A stretch of 64,000 bases of DNA from Phycisphaerae bacterium (GCA_963666835.2 CAXXGO010000006.1:2610493-2674492); one strand, 5' to 3'. Shown: positions 49,076-59,461, counted from the stretch's first letter. The notes: generated by a model from the sequence alone, not told the origin. Translations and numbers: made by a program.

Positions 49076-50512
49076 ATGTCGCTCGACGGATTACTTGTAC
49101 GGACGCTTCTGCTGACGGTCGGGTGCTTTCTGGCGACTGCGCCGGCGCAGGGGGCGGACGTCTACGTTGATGCAAACGCCACCGGTCCGACTCATGACGG
49201 AACGAGCTGGTGTTCGGCCTATCTGACCCTGCAAGAGGCGTTGGAGTCGCCCTTGCTGTTGCCGCCGGCCACGGTCTATATGGCGGACGGAACGTACCTC
49301 CCCGCGCTTCCCGAGGAGCCGGAGACCGATCTTCGCAAGGCCACTTTCTCTATCCCGGCGCGCGTGCGAGTCCGCGGCGGTTACGCCGGCTGCGGCGCAA
49401 CCGATCCGGATGAGCGCGACCTCAGAGGGTACGAGACGATCCTCAGCGGTGATCTGGACGGTGATGACTACGACGGTGGAGACAACAGCGAGAATTGCTA
49501 TCACGTCGTGACTGTGGGTGGCGGGTCGACGATTATCAGTGAGGTACAGCTTGATGGCGTGACGATCACCGGTGGTCATGCCGATGGAGCAGGGTTCAAA
49601 GGCTACGGCGCGGGCGTGCTGAACAACTATGGGGAGGTTGTTACCGTTCGCGACTGTCTGGTGACGGCCAATCGTGCCAAGTACGGCGGCGGGGTGTATA
49701 GCATCGCAGGCAATCTGACGTTGGAGGACTCCACGATTGCGGGAAATGTCGCCACGAATTGGGGAGGAGGACTCTACGATACGGCTACCGGTTTCGAATT
49801 CGGAGCGAAGTTGGTCAACTGCCTGCTCGTTGACAATAAGGCGGGGAGCAGTGGATATGGCGGAGCGGTGTTCAGTAATGGGGCCGATACGCAGCTTCAC
49901 AACTGCACGATATACGGCAACCATGCTTACGGTTATGGAGGACTGTTCGGCCAATCTACTCACTTCCGAATCGACAACACCATACTTTGGGGCAACACCC
50001 AGGATTTTCGGGGGGACGAAAGCGCGCAGATATGGCTTATTGGCGGCCTGGCGAGTATTACCAACACGTGCGTCGACGGCTGGAGCGGAAGTCTGGGAGG
50101 AACGGACAACTTCGGGGACGATCCGCTGTTCACGCCCGGTCCGATCGGGTGCTACTACCTGAGTCAGGAGGAAGCAGGTGACGCCGAGGACAGCCCGTGC
50201 CTGGATGCCGGCAGTGATACGGCCGCCAACGAGTACCTCGATGACCGGACCACGCGGAGCGACGAGGTAACCGATGACGGAATGGTGGATGTCGGTTTTC
50301 ACTATCCGGTAACCGGGTTCGAGCTGCTGATGGGCGACCGCGATCACGATGGGGACGTTGACCAGATCGACTTCGCAGAGTTTACCGAGTGCATGACCGA
50401 TCCGGAGCCGTCCGGTCTGTCGCCGTGCTGCCGCGTCTTTGATGCGGACTACGACGACGATGTGGATCTGTACGATGTTGCGGAGTTCGCGACGGGTTTC
50501 ACCAGTCCGTAG
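49076..50512 (+). CDS. Secreted right-handed beta-helix protein with C-terminal dockerin-like Ca-binding repeats
   Basis: Signal peptide; 'YVDANA..DGTSW..AY..LQEAL'; GGG/N repeats; 'GDRDHDGDVDQIDF', 'DADYDDDVDLYD'. Confidence 0.78.
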   Translation: MSLDGLLVRTLLLTVGCFLATAPAQGADVYVDANATGPTHDGTSWCSAYLTLQEALESPLLLPPATVYMADGTYLPALPEEPETDLRKATFSIPARVRVRGGYAGCGATDPDERDLRGYETILSGDLDGDDYDGGDNSENCYHVVTVGGGSTIISEVQLDGVTITGGHADGAGFKGYGAGVLNNYGEVVTVRDCLVTANRAKYGGGVYSIAGNLTLEDSTIAGNVATNWGGGLYDTATGFEFGAKLVNCLLVDNKAGSSGYGGAVFSNGADTQLHNCTIYGNHAYGYGGLFGQSTHFRIDNTILWGNTQDFRGDESAQIWLIGGLASITNTCVDGWSGSLGGTDNFGDDPLFTPGPIGCYYLSQEEAGDAEDSPCLDAGSDTAANEYLDDRTTRSDEVTDDGMVDVGFHYPVTGFELLMGDRDHDGDVDQIDFAEFTECMTDPEPSGLSPCCRVFDADYDDDVDLYDVAEFATGFTSP

Positions 50513-50573
50513 CGATCGAGGCAGGACGGATCCGGGCGACCCGAGTGTCGAGCGGGTGGCTCAGACATCCTGC

Positions 50574-50702
50574 CTGCATAATGCCGGATAACGCCTGTGG
50601 CATGGGTAGGGCATCGTCGACGGGTGTAGGGCATGGTCGAGGTACGAGACCTGCCGCGGTGTTGGCCGTGGTGGCAGGTCTCGTACCTCGACCGTGCCCT
50701 AC
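50574..50702. repeat. GTAG-type REP doublet (family C)
   Basis: GTAGGGCATGGTCGAGGTACGAGACCTGCC...GGCAGGTCTCGTACCTCGACCGTGCCCTAC (50626-50702); upstream flank shared with the copy at 57144. Confidence 0.85.
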
Positions 50703-50774
50703 GGGTAGTACCGAATGCGTGGCATCTGTGAACTAGTTTCGGCGCGCCGTGCGTTTACGCGTTTTCGCGCGGGG

Positions 50775-50867
50775 ATCATCGGCTCTTCCAGGTCCAGCAC
50801 GCACGACCACGGATGTTCTTCGATATTCCGGACGGCATGCAAGGGGCAAAAGGACCTGGGCCACCCC
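50775..50867 (+). repeat. REP-like repeat family B, copy 2
   Basis: atcatcggctcttccaggtcc...gatgttcttcga...ggcatgcaa...aaaggacctgggccaccc. Confidence 0.75.
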
Positions 50868-51141
50868 GACCGCCCGTAGGGCTGCGGGCTTTGCGGGTTT
50901 TGAGGGTGTGAGTGCCCAAGGGGTGGCATGGGTCAACTTGTTGACCCGTGTGTTACAACGGCTTCGGTGAGCGGGGTGACGAGAACATAGGGATGGTAGG
51001 TGCCGCTCTCCACGGGCAAGCGGGGAGTGCCGATGACGTTTGTGCGTGATCACCTGATGGACGGCTATATCCAGTGTGAACGAGCTACGCTTGCCCATGC
51101 CACCCTCGACATGTCGCGCATTTGCGGAGTTTCAGGCGTGG

Positions 51142-51235
51142 ATCATCGGCTCCCCCAGGTCCAACGCGCACAATTACCGATGTTCTTCGACAGTCGGGAT
51201 GGCATGCAAAGGCAAAAAAGGACCTGGGCCACCCG
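51142..51235 (+). repeat. REP-like repeat family B, copy 3
   Basis: atcatcggctcccccaggtcc...gatgttcttcga...ggcatgcaa...aaaggacctgggccaccc. Confidence 0.75.
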
Positions 51236-51271
51236 ACTCGGTTGTTCATGTCACCGGCGCCGGTAGGTTGG

Positions 51272-52042
51272 TTAGCTCCAATAGGCCACCGCGCGCTGGA
51301 ACACGGATAAGCCGTCCGGGGTGCCCTCCGGGTTTCGTGCGGTCCATTGGGGGTGCTGGGTGTGGGAGAAGTGCCGGTCGGGGTGGGGCATGAGCCCGAA
51401 CACCCGGCCGGTCGAATCGCACAATCCGGCGATGCCGCGCACGCTGCCGTTGGGGTTGGCCGGGTAGCGATCGTATTCGCCGTTGGCATCGACGTATCTG
51501 ACGGCAACTAACCCGCGCCGCGCAAGATCCTCTTCAATCTGATCACTTGCCGTGACGACCTTACCTTCCGCGTGCTCTACGGGAAGTTCGAGGAAACTAC
51601 CTCCTTTAAGAAACGCGCAGTGATCCGTACAGACTTGCAGACGAACCCACCTCGCTTCGAAGCGGGCAGAGTCGTTGTAGGTGACCGTCACCTGTCCCGC
51701 GCCGGCGTCGCCACCGGGAAGGAGCCCGGCCTTGACCAGGACTTGGAACCCGTTGCAGATGCCCAAGATTCCCCCGCCGCGTTGGATGAGTTCGCGCAGG
51801 GCGTCGGATAGATCCAGCAGAATACGCTGTGCAAGAATCGCCCCTGCGGCGATGTCGTCGCCGTAGCTGAACCCGCCGGGGATGGTGACAATCTGAACTT
51901 CGTCCAGAATCGCCGGATTCTCTGCCAGGGCATTGACATGCACCAAACGCGGTTTCGCCCCGGCGAGGTGCCAGCAGTGCATCACTTCCTCATCGCAGTT
52001 AATGCCGGCGGTTCGCAAGACCAGTACGCGTGCATCAGCCAT
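51272..52042 (-). CDS. purQ: Phosphoribosylformylglycinamidine synthase glutaminase subunit
   Basis: 'PGGFSYGD', 'GICNGFQ', 'NPNGS', 'GLMPHPDR'. Confidence 0.95.
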   Translation of the reverse strand: MADARVLVLRTAGINCDEEVMHCWHLAGAKPRLVHVNALAENPAILDEVQIVTIPGGFSYGDDIAAGAILAQRILLDLSDALRELIQRGGGILGICNGFQVLVKAGLLPGGDAGAGQVTVTYNDSARFEARWVRLQVCTDHCAFLKGGSFLELPVEHAEGKVVTASDQIEEDLARRGLVAVRYVDANGEYDRYPANPNGSVRGIAGLCDSTGRVFGLMPHPDRHFSHTQHPQWTARNPEGTPDGLSVFQRAVAYWS

Positions 52043-52044
52043 GG

Positions 52045-54945
52045 TTATCGTCCTCCTCCCTGGGCCAGCGGCGCCCGCCACGCACTCGCCAAGTCGGCAA
52101 CCGGCAGATCGATGAGCTTCTCGCCACTACGGTGGAGTCGTACGAATGGCTCGCCCTCGACTCGGCCGATGATTGGGAAACCGCAACCGGCGGCCTCGGA
52201 CTCGGGCATCTCCAAAATGTAACTAGTGGCTCGAGATTCCAGCAAACCACCATCGTAATCAGCGTCGTCCAGCGTAACGGCGGCGCCCAAGCCGGACGCG
52301 ATGCCCATCTCCGCAACCGCCCCGGCCAAGCCGCCGTCGCTGATGTCGTGAGCGGCACGCACCCTGCCGGCCGCGATCAGCTCGGCAACCCGGTGATGCA
52401 GGCGGCGAGCTTCTTCCAGCCCGACCAGATCAACGGGAGCCGAGGCCAGCACCAGGCAATCGCCGGGCTGTTTGAAATCCATCGACACGCATTTGCGCAC
52501 GTCCGGCACAATCCCCAACGCGCTGATGAGCAGAGTTCCCGGAATGGCAATCCGCGCCGGCAGCCCGACTCGCCGGGCCTCGTCCTTGCTCATGGAGAAC
52601 TCGTTGTTCAGCGAATCCTTACCGGAGACGAAGGGCAACCCGTATGCAATGGCGGCATCGCGCGCTCCACAGCACGCTCGGACTAACGTCCCGAGCGACT
52701 CTTCCGTTTCCACCTTCGGCCAGCAGAAGTTGTCGAGAACGGCGATGCGGTCCGGATCGGCCCCGACGCAGAGCACATTGCGCAACGCCTCGTCTACGGC
52801 GATCACGGCCATCCAATACGGATCGATGTCGAACAACTCGGGGCATAGCCCATTGCCCAGGGCGATTCCGCCATCGCGGTCGTACCGTGGTCGGAGTACG
52901 GCGGCGTCAGACGGACCGAAACCCGGTCCGGCCAGCGGTTTGAGAACGCTCCTGCCCTGCACCTCGTGGTCGTACTGCCGGATCACCCACTCTTTGGAGG
53001 CGGTGTTAACGTTTCCCAACGCCGCGAGCAGTCGCTCGTTCGACGCGGGGGAGTCGTCGGTTTGCGGTTTCGGCTTGCCGGTCCGGGCGGTCCACGTAGC
53101 CGTGCGGGTCGTGCGAGGTACTCCGTTGTGCAGGAACTCCATATCCAACTCGCCGACGACGGTGTCGTTATAGCGGACCCGCAGCCGGCGGTCGTTCGTG
53201 AAAGTCCCGATCACGGTGGCCTCGACCTCTTCTTCCGCGAACAGCTTCAGGAAAACGTCGAGTCGATCGGGAGGCACGGCGAAGACCATCCGCTCTTGTG
53301 CCTCCGAGATCCAGATTTCATCGTAGCGCAACCCGGCATACTTCAGGGGCACATCGTCCAAGCGGACTTCGGCGCCGAGATGTTCACCCATCTCCCCGAC
53401 CGCGCTGCTCAGCCCGCCCGCCCCGCAATCCGTAACTGCCGAGTACAAACACCCGAGCGGGTGATCGCGGGCTAAAAGCTGGGCATCGAGGACCTTCTTC
53501 TCTTCGATGGCGTTGCCGATCTGCACCGCGTGAGAGAACTCATCGGCGTGGGAATCGGTAAGCTCGGCGGATGAGAACGTGGCCCCGTGGATGCCGTCTC
53601 GCCCGGTCCGCCCGCCGGCCACCACGATGTGATCCCCCGGGTGCGGTTCTTTCGCGATCCGATCACGCGGTATCAATCCGACGCAGCCGCAGAAGACCAA
53701 CGGGTTGCCGAGGTAACGATTGTCGAAGTAGATCCCCCCGTTGACGGTGGGGATACCCATGCGGTTACCGTAATCGCGGACGCCGCCCACCACGCCTTTG
53801 AGCACGCGGCGCGGGTGGAGCACGCCTTCCGGCAGCTTCGCCGCGTCAAAGTCGGGCGGGGCGAAGCAGAAGACGTCCGTGGAGGCGATCGGTTTGGCGC
53901 CCAACCCGCAGCCCATCACGTCGCGGATACACCCGCCGATCCCCGTCGCGGCGCCGCCGTACGGCTCAATGGCCGATGGGTGATTGTGCGTCTCCGCCTT
54001 GAACGCTATGCCGTACTCGTCGTCGAACGCGATCACGCCGGCATTGTCCACAAAGACCGAAAGGCACCAGTCTCGGGCGAGAGTGGTTGTGGCCTCGACG
54101 ATCGTTTCTTTGAGCAGGTTGTCGAAGGTCAACTCGACCTGTCCCTCGGCGCCCATTGCATCTCCGCGATAGCGGATCGCACTCCTCAGTGTTTTGTGGA
54201 CGCAGTGCTCTGACCAGGTCTGGGCGAGGGTCTCGAGTTCCAGATCCGTCGGCTCGCGATCCTGTTTCCTGAAGTAGTCGCGGATGGTCTCCATCTCTTC
54301 AACGGAGAGGAACAGGTGGGCCTCCCGAGAGAGTTTGGCTAGTTCGTCACGTCCGAGATTGCGAAGGTGAACGTTTCGCAGTTCGAACGGCAGTTCAGGC
54401 GGCGTCGGAAACGACTCGGGGATAGCGTCGTTGCGGTCGAAGCCTTGTATGTACCACTTCTCGATGCAGCCGTTGGCCAGCACTCGCCGGGCGATCTGTT
54501 CGAGTTCGGACAGTCCGGCCGCCCCGAGCACCTCGTACCGCCGAGCGGTGTGTACGTCAGCCAGACCGGCGTCCGGCAAGCCTTGGGCGGCAAGCAAGCG
54601 GCGGGCGGCCTCAAGCGTGCTGGTGGCCACGGGGTTCATAACGCCGGGCAGGGCGTGGACCTCGACCGCGGCACGGGTGTCACCGCGGAGTGAATAGCCC
54701 TCGCTGACGGCACATTCCTCGGCCACCGGGTCGGTAAGCAGCTTCTCCGCGATCAACTCGACGTCTGCTCGGGTCAGCCGGCCGGAGAAGAAGTAAATGT
54801 TGCTGGTCGAGACCGCCTCGATGCCGTCTAGCCCGATCTGGCGGATGTCAGCCAGAACATCGCGGCCATGGCCGTCGAGCTGCGGGGTTCGCGGTTTCAC
54901 CCGCACGTGCCAGGTGGAACCGCGTGAATCATCATTGCGGGGCAT
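52045..54945 (-). CDS. purL: Phosphoribosylformylglycinamidine synthase PurL with fused N-terminal PurS-like region
   Basis: 'QTWSEHC.HK', 'ETHNHPSAIEP.GGA.TG.GG', 'DCGAGGLSS', 'SEAQERM', 'HDISDGG'. Confidence 0.95.
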   Translation of the reverse strand: MPRNDDSRGSTWHVRVKPRTPQLDGHGRDVLADIRQIGLDGIEAVSTSNIYFFSGRLTRADVELIAEKLLTDPVAEECAVSEGYSLRGDTRAAVEVHALPGVMNPVATSTLEAARRLLAAQGLPDAGLADVHTARRYEVLGAAGLSELEQIARRVLANGCIEKWYIQGFDRNDAIPESFPTPPELPFELRNVHLRNLGRDELAKLSREAHLFLSVEEMETIRDYFRKQDREPTDLELETLAQTWSEHCVHKTLRSAIRYRGDAMGAEGQVELTFDNLLKETIVEATTTLARDWCLSVFVDNAGVIAFDDEYGIAFKAETHNHPSAIEPYGGAATGIGGCIRDVMGCGLGAKPIASTDVFCFAPPDFDAAKLPEGVLHPRRVLKGVVGGVRDYGNRMGIPTVNGGIYFDNRYLGNPLVFCGCVGLIPRDRIAKEPHPGDHIVVAGGRTGRDGIHGATFSSAELTDSHADEFSHAVQIGNAIEEKKVLDAQLLARDHPLGCLYSAVTDCGAGGLSSAVGEMGEHLGAEVRLDDVPLKYAGLRYDEIWISEAQERMVFAVPPDRLDVFLKLFAEEEVEATVIGTFTNDRRLRVRYNDTVVGELDMEFLHNGVPRTTRTATWTARTGKPKPQTDDSPASNERLLAALGNVNTASKEWVIRQYDHEVQGRSVLKPLAGPGFGPSDAAVLRPRYDRDGGIALGNGLCPELFDIDPYWMAVIAVDEALRNVLCVGADPDRIAVLDNFCWPKVETEESLGTLVRACCGARDAAIAYGLPFVSGKDSLNNEFSMSKDEARRVGLPARIAIPGTLLISALGIVPDVRKCVSMDFKQPGDCLVLASAPVDLVGLEEARRLHHRVAELIAAGRVRAAHDISDGGLAGAVAEMGIASGLGAAVTLDDADYDGGLLESRATSYILEMPESEAAGCGFPIIGRVEGEPFVRLHRSGEKLIDLPVADLASAWRAPLAQGGGR

Positions 54946-55093
54946 GAGCGTTGATGAACCTCCTGTCGTTGGGCGACTCGTTCCCTCGATCAAGCTGCTA
55001 AGGTATAGTGGATTTGATTCCTTGACCAGTCCACCGTAACTTCGGGAGCTAGGTTGGTGAATCCGGGGAATCGAGTAAGTTGGAGGATCTTCG

Positions 55094-56284
55094 GTGCAAT
55101 TCGCGTCCTCGATTAGCGATGCCACGGATTCCACGCAGGCTGTTGAGGAGCTGCTGGAGCCGATCGACGGGGTAGTGACCCCGGGGATGGCGGATCTGGT
55201 TCTGCTGTTCGCCACCGCCCATTTCGAAGACGAGCTGGAGGAAGTGGTCGAGCGAGTCTCGGCGGCTTTTCCCAACGCGATGCTGTTAGGCTGCACGGCG
55301 GAGGGGACGATCGGGTGTGATCGGGAGCTGGAGCGCACGCCGTCGATGTCCCTGCTGGCCGCAACGTTGCCGGATGTGTGTATCCGCCCGTTCCATGTGA
55401 GGCAGCCGGACCTGGAGGCCGCTGAGTCCCTGTGCGATTGGGAACGGATGGTAGGGGCTTCTCCGGAATCTACGCCTCTCTTTGTTGCCTTGGGCGATCC
55501 CTTTCGGGTGGATATTGTCAGGTTCGTGCGGCAGCTCAACAAGAACTATCCGAACTCGCCGCTGGTGGGGGGGCTGGCCAGTGCGGCTTACGAGCCGGGG
55601 CAGAACCGGTTGATTGTCGGTGGCGAAGTCCATCGGGAAGGGATCGGCGGAGTAGCCTTAACCGGTCGACTGGCGGTCGATACGGTCGTCTCCCAGGGGT
55701 GCCGTCCGATTGGCACACCGTTTGTCATCACCCGAGGTGATCGCAACGTCATTTATGAGCTGGGCGGGCATGCGGCGCTTAAGCAATTACACGATCTGCT
55801 GGTCGATCTGCCGGACGGTGAGCAAGAGCTGGTGCGGAACGGGCTGTTCATCGGGCGGGTGATCGACGAGCACAAAGACCATTTCGCCCGGGGTGATTTC
55901 CTGATTCAGAGCATCGTCGGGGTGGATCAGGCCGGCGAGGCGATCGGGATCATCGGGCATGCCCGAGTCGGGGCGACCGTGCAGTTCCACATTCGCGATG
56001 GAGCCAGCGCGGACGAGGATCTTCGGGTGATGCTGGCGCCCCACGCCGACCGCGATATCCGCGGGGCGATGCTTTTCGGCTGTAACGGGCGGGGTATGAA
56101 TATGTGGCCTCAGCCGGGGCATGATGTAGGCGTCCTGCACGACATTCTGGGGGATGTGCCGGTGGCCGGGTGCTTCTGCGGCGGAGAGTTCGGCCCGACC
56201 GGCGGCGACAACTACGTCCACGGCTTCACGGCCAGCATCGCGCTGATTAGCGAACCGGCCGACGATGCCGAGTCGGTTGGCTAA
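55094..56284 (+). CDS. FIST signal-transduction domain protein
   Basis: 'VSQGCRPIG', 'FGCNGRG', 'GCFCGGEFGP..G.NYVHGFT'. Confidence 0.9.
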   Translation: MQFASSISDATDSTQAVEELLEPIDGVVTPGMADLVLLFATAHFEDELEEVVERVSAAFPNAMLLGCTAEGTIGCDRELERTPSMSLLAATLPDVCIRPFHVRQPDLEAAESLCDWERMVGASPESTPLFVALGDPFRVDIVRFVRQLNKNYPNSPLVGGLASAAYEPGQNRLIVGGEVHREGIGGVALTGRLAVDTVVSQGCRPIGTPFVITRGDRNVIYELGGHAALKQLHDLLVDLPDGEQELVRNGLFIGRVIDEHKDHFARGDFLIQSIVGVDQAGEAIGIIGHARVGATVQFHIRDGASADEDLRVMLAPHADRDIRGAMLFGCNGRGMNMWPQPGHDVGVLHDILGDVPVAGCFCGGEFGPTGGDNYVHGFTASIALISEPADDAESVG

Positions 56285-56303
56285 CCACGTTCAGGAGACA
56301 ACG

Positions 56304-57110
56304 GTGGATAACGTGTCGGAGGCGAATGCCCGGCAAGCGCAAGCCTGGAACACCAACGCCGAGTTCTGGGACGCCCGCATGGATGAGAGTCATGATTTTT
56401 TCCGACTGCTGGCCTGGCCGGCGTCGGAGCGACTCCTCGCTCTGAAGCCCGATCAGCAAGTCCTGGATATCGCGTGCGGAAACGGGGTCTCCAGCCGCGC
56501 GCTTGCCCGGCTTGGCGCTAACGTGCTTGCTCTTGATTTTGCCGAGAACATGATTGAGGCCGCTCGACGCCGCGAGCAACCGGGACCGGGCGTCATCGAT
56601 TACCGCGTTCTGGACGCGACTGACGAGCAGGCACTGTGCAACTTGGGCGAGGGGCGCTTTGACGCGACCCTGTGCACGATGGCCCTGATGGACATTGCCG
56701 ATCTGGATCCGTTGATGGCTGCTCTTACGCGCGTGCTCAAGCCTGCGGGGTGCTTTGTATTCTCGATGCTTCATCCGTGTTTCAACAACCCTTCCACGAT
56801 TCAGATGGGCGAGATCGAAGACCGCGATGGCGATCTTGTTACGACCTGGTCGGTCAAGGTCTCGCGGTATATGACCACGGAGCGTCGCGGCGGCCTGGCC
56901 ATGCCGGATCAACCGGTTCCGCACACGTACTTTCATCGTCCGCTGTCGAAGCTGTTGGGGATCGCGTTCAATGCGGGGTTCGTGTTGGACGCCATGGAAG
57001 AGCAGGCCTTCCCGCCCGAGAACCGCGGAGGGAGCACCATATTCTCGTGGAACGGGCACTTTGCGGAGATACCGCCGGTGCTGGTGTGCAGGCTTCGCTT
57101 GGCGAGGTGA
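56304..57110 (+). CDS. Class I SAM-dependent methyltransferase
   Basis: 'VLDIACGNG', 'FDA...MALMD', 'LKP.G.FVFS..HPCF'; start approximate. Confidence 0.88.
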   Translation: MDNVSEANARQAQAWNTNAEFWDARMDESHDFFRLLAWPASERLLALKPDQQVLDIACGNGVSSRALARLGANVLALDFAENMIEAARRREQPGPGVIDYRVLDATDEQALCNLGEGRFDATLCTMALMDIADLDPLMAALTRVLKPAGCFVFSMLHPCFNNPSTIQMGEIEDRDGDLVTTWSVKVSRYMTTERRGGLAMPDQPVPHTYFHRPLSKLLGIAFNAGFVLDAMEEQAFPPENRGGSTIFSWNGHFAEIPPVLVCRLRLAR

Positions 57111-57143
57111 CAGGCGATGGCGGTTAGTAGCGCAGGATTTTGG

Positions 57144-57709
57144 CCTGCAATATATCGGAAAACGCCGGCGGCATGGGTAGGGCAGCGTCGAGGTACGAGA
57201 CCTGCCGCGACGTCGCCGGTCGCGCAAAGACATGTTGACTTCATGCTATGTAATAGGCCGATCCCGGCGCGCCGTGAGCTCGTGACAGAGAATTGACACC
57301 TGGGTAGGGCACGGTCGAGGTACGAGACCTGCCGCGGTCCTCGCGCGATGTGCGCTGTTGCGGCAGGTCTCGTGCCTCGACCATGCCCTACGTTTGCGCT
57401 CGACCCGTCGCTACGCGCCTGTGTTCCCCAAAGGGGCGGTCGTCCGTCCGGCAGCCCAACGAGGTTGATACCCTCACACCCGGCTAACCGCATAGGTCCT
57501 CGCGCGATGTGCGCTGTTGCGGCAGGTCTCGTGCCTCGACCATGCCCTACGTTTGCGCTCGACCCGTCGCTACGCGCCTGCGTTCCCCAAAGGGGCGGTC
57601 GTCCGTCCGGCAGCCCAACGAGGTTGATACCCTCACACCCGGCTAACCGCATAGGTCCTCGCGCGATGTGCGCCTTTGCGGCAGGTCTCGTGCCTCGACC
57701 ATGCCCTAC
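57144..57709. repeat. REP family C cluster including a 159-bp tandem duplication (2 full units plus a partial third)
   Basis: Units start at 57336, 57495 and 57654; each carries GCGGCAGGTCTCGTGCCTCGACCATGCCCTAC; GTAG arms at 57177 and 57304. Confidence 0.9.
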
Positions 57710-57747
57710 AGACTGGCTATCCCCCCCGGCACGCGATCAAGCAACGG

Positions 57748-58839
57748 TCAACGTCCACACCGCGCCAACTCGGTCAACAGCCAATCCCCGAACGTATCCG
57801 CTATATCTTCCTCGCCGGGCCACGACACCACCGGGCAATCGCGATCCGAGTTCTCACGCGAACGATCCAGGGCGATGAAGTGATCTTCGTCACGACCCAC
57901 GACCATCAGGTGGTGCGGCAGGCCTCGTTGATGCGCTTCGGAGATAGAACGGAGTAGCGTGATTCCCTCCTGGACTTTGGTCATCGAATCGATCTTGAAG
58001 TAGTCGAACGTATGCCAGAAGAGCAGAAGCGCAAGAGGGTAGTCTTCTTCGGTGTAATGCGGCAAGCTCTTGATACCCGCCTTCTCCACCGCGGCGCGCC
58101 AGCGGCTTTGGTTCCGGTCGATCAGGTTCTTGAGGTTTTCGCAGAAGGCAAACTCATCGCTCGAAGATCTGAACCCTTCAAGAGCATATTGGACGACATG
58201 AAACTCGAGGTTCTCAGAGGGGTCCTGCTCAGAGGGTTCCGACGGGTCCTCGATCGGCGTCTCTGCGCTTGTTGGACTGTTCTTGCCCATCTTAAGCCGA
58301 GCTTCCTCCTGCTTCCGGGCCGTTTCGCGCCATAGGTCTATAGCGTGCAGTATCGGCCAGTCCACGACGCTATTGATTAGGTTGGCGAACGTACGGATCG
58401 AGTCGAACTTGCTGATCTCTTCCGGGTCGTCCATGTACTCGTGATCGATGTATGCGACCCTCGCTCGGTAAGTTTTCGACTTGGATCGGCCGAGGACCCA
58501 GTACGCCTGCGTGTCCAGGTTCCCGAGCGTGAAATAGCCGGCCTTGATGATGGTCTTCTGATCTTCGACCTTCCAACCATCATCCGGTCCGTCCAGAACC
58601 AGGGTCCGGACCTGCTCTATAGGATCTTCGTCCTTGGCTTTGTCAAAGATATGCAGGTCCGCTTCGAAGATGGCGGCTTCCTTCCAGAGCATCGCGTACC
58701 AATCCGGGACTATCCCGCGATAGGCCGCTTGAGCCCGGTTCACCTCAGTTTCGGAGAAGACCTTGCCGCGCCCTGCCAACATCCGCTCGATATCCGCAAT
58801 CTTCGCGCTAATCCCGTCCCAGAATCGAAAACGGTTCAT
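57748..58839 (-). CDS. SMI1/KNR4 (SUKH)-like immunity protein, possibly two domains
   Basis: C-terminal 'GLPHHLMVVGRDEDHFIALD...DCPVVSW...IADTFGDWL'; GGAGGAG RBS. Confidence 0.6.
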   Translation of the reverse strand: MNRFRFWDGISAKIADIERMLAGRGKVFSETEVNRAQAAYRGIVPDWYAMLWKEAAIFEADLHIFDKAKDEDPIEQVRTLVLDGPDDGWKVEDQKTIIKAGYFTLGNLDTQAYWVLGRSKSKTYRARVAYIDHEYMDDPEEISKFDSIRTFANLINSVVDWPILHAIDLWRETARKQEEARLKMGKNSPTSAETPIEDPSEPSEQDPSENLEFHVVQYALEGFRSSSDEFAFCENLKNLIDRNQSRWRAAVEKAGIKSLPHYTEEDYPLALLLFWHTFDYFKIDSMTKVQEGITLLRSISEAHQRGLPHHLMVVGRDEDHFIALDRSRENSDRDCPVVSWPGEEDIADTFGDWLLTELARCGR

Positions 58840-59041
58840 TGGTTCTCCTCCGCGATGTTGTGCCTGGTCGGCAGCCGGAACGCACGACTTATCATCCCCG
58901 GCGCAGAGCCTCGACGATCTCTTGTCGGTGCGATTCCATGCTGGTTTCAGGATAGGCGGGATGTCAGCCGATCTCAAGGCGCTATTCGGGGGAGGTAGGG
59001 GCTGCGGGCTCCGGAAGCCAGACAGATGGCGGACCCGTTGG

Positions 59042-59461
59042 TTACTCGAACTCGGCCACCGCGGCCAGCAGAGCCTGCACGGTTCCGGGTTCGCTCTCTG
59101 AATGTCCGGCCTCTTCTACGATGACCAGTTTCGACTTCGGCAAAGCCTTATGCAAACGCCACGCTGTGATCGGCGGGCAGATCACGTCGTACCGGCCGTT
59201 GATGATCGTGGTGGGGATGTCCTTGAGCTTGCCCGCCTCGCGCAGAATCTGATCATGTTCCAGGAAGAACCCGTTGGCAGCGTAATGGCAGTCAATCCGG
59301 GCGCCCGGCACGACGCTGTGATCGCCCCAGGCGTCTTGGACCTCCTCGTCGGATGCGTGTAGCTTGCCGGTCGTGACCGCGCACCGGACCCCGGCGATCA
59401 GGACTATCGCCGCCACCACGCCCCAGAAGCCGGCCTCAAGGTAGTTGCCGATCTCGAACAA
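59042..59461 (-). pseudogene. Chimeric ORF: N-terminal membrane helix fused to the C-terminal third of proline iminopeptidase
   Basis: 'ARIDCHY..NGFFL...IPT.II.GRYDVICP...AWRL...AGHS..EP' is present; the N-terminal GGSWG nucleophile region is absent. Confidence 0.7.

Noticed and set aside
49091..50347. Long antisense ORFs (also 9173-10279, 22320-23408, 36377-37504, 62021-63343)
   Set aside because: Shadow ORFs opposite well-supported genes in high-GC DNA, with no recognisable motifs.
54946..55542. 199-aa N-terminal extension of purL in the ORF track
   Set aside because: It overlaps the divergent FIST gene and has low-complexity composition; ATG 54945 has a GGAGG RBS.
57336..57709. CRISPR-like array
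   Set aside because: The intervening sequences are identical rather than unique spacers, the unit is 159 bp, and there are no cas genes; it is a tandem REP duplication.
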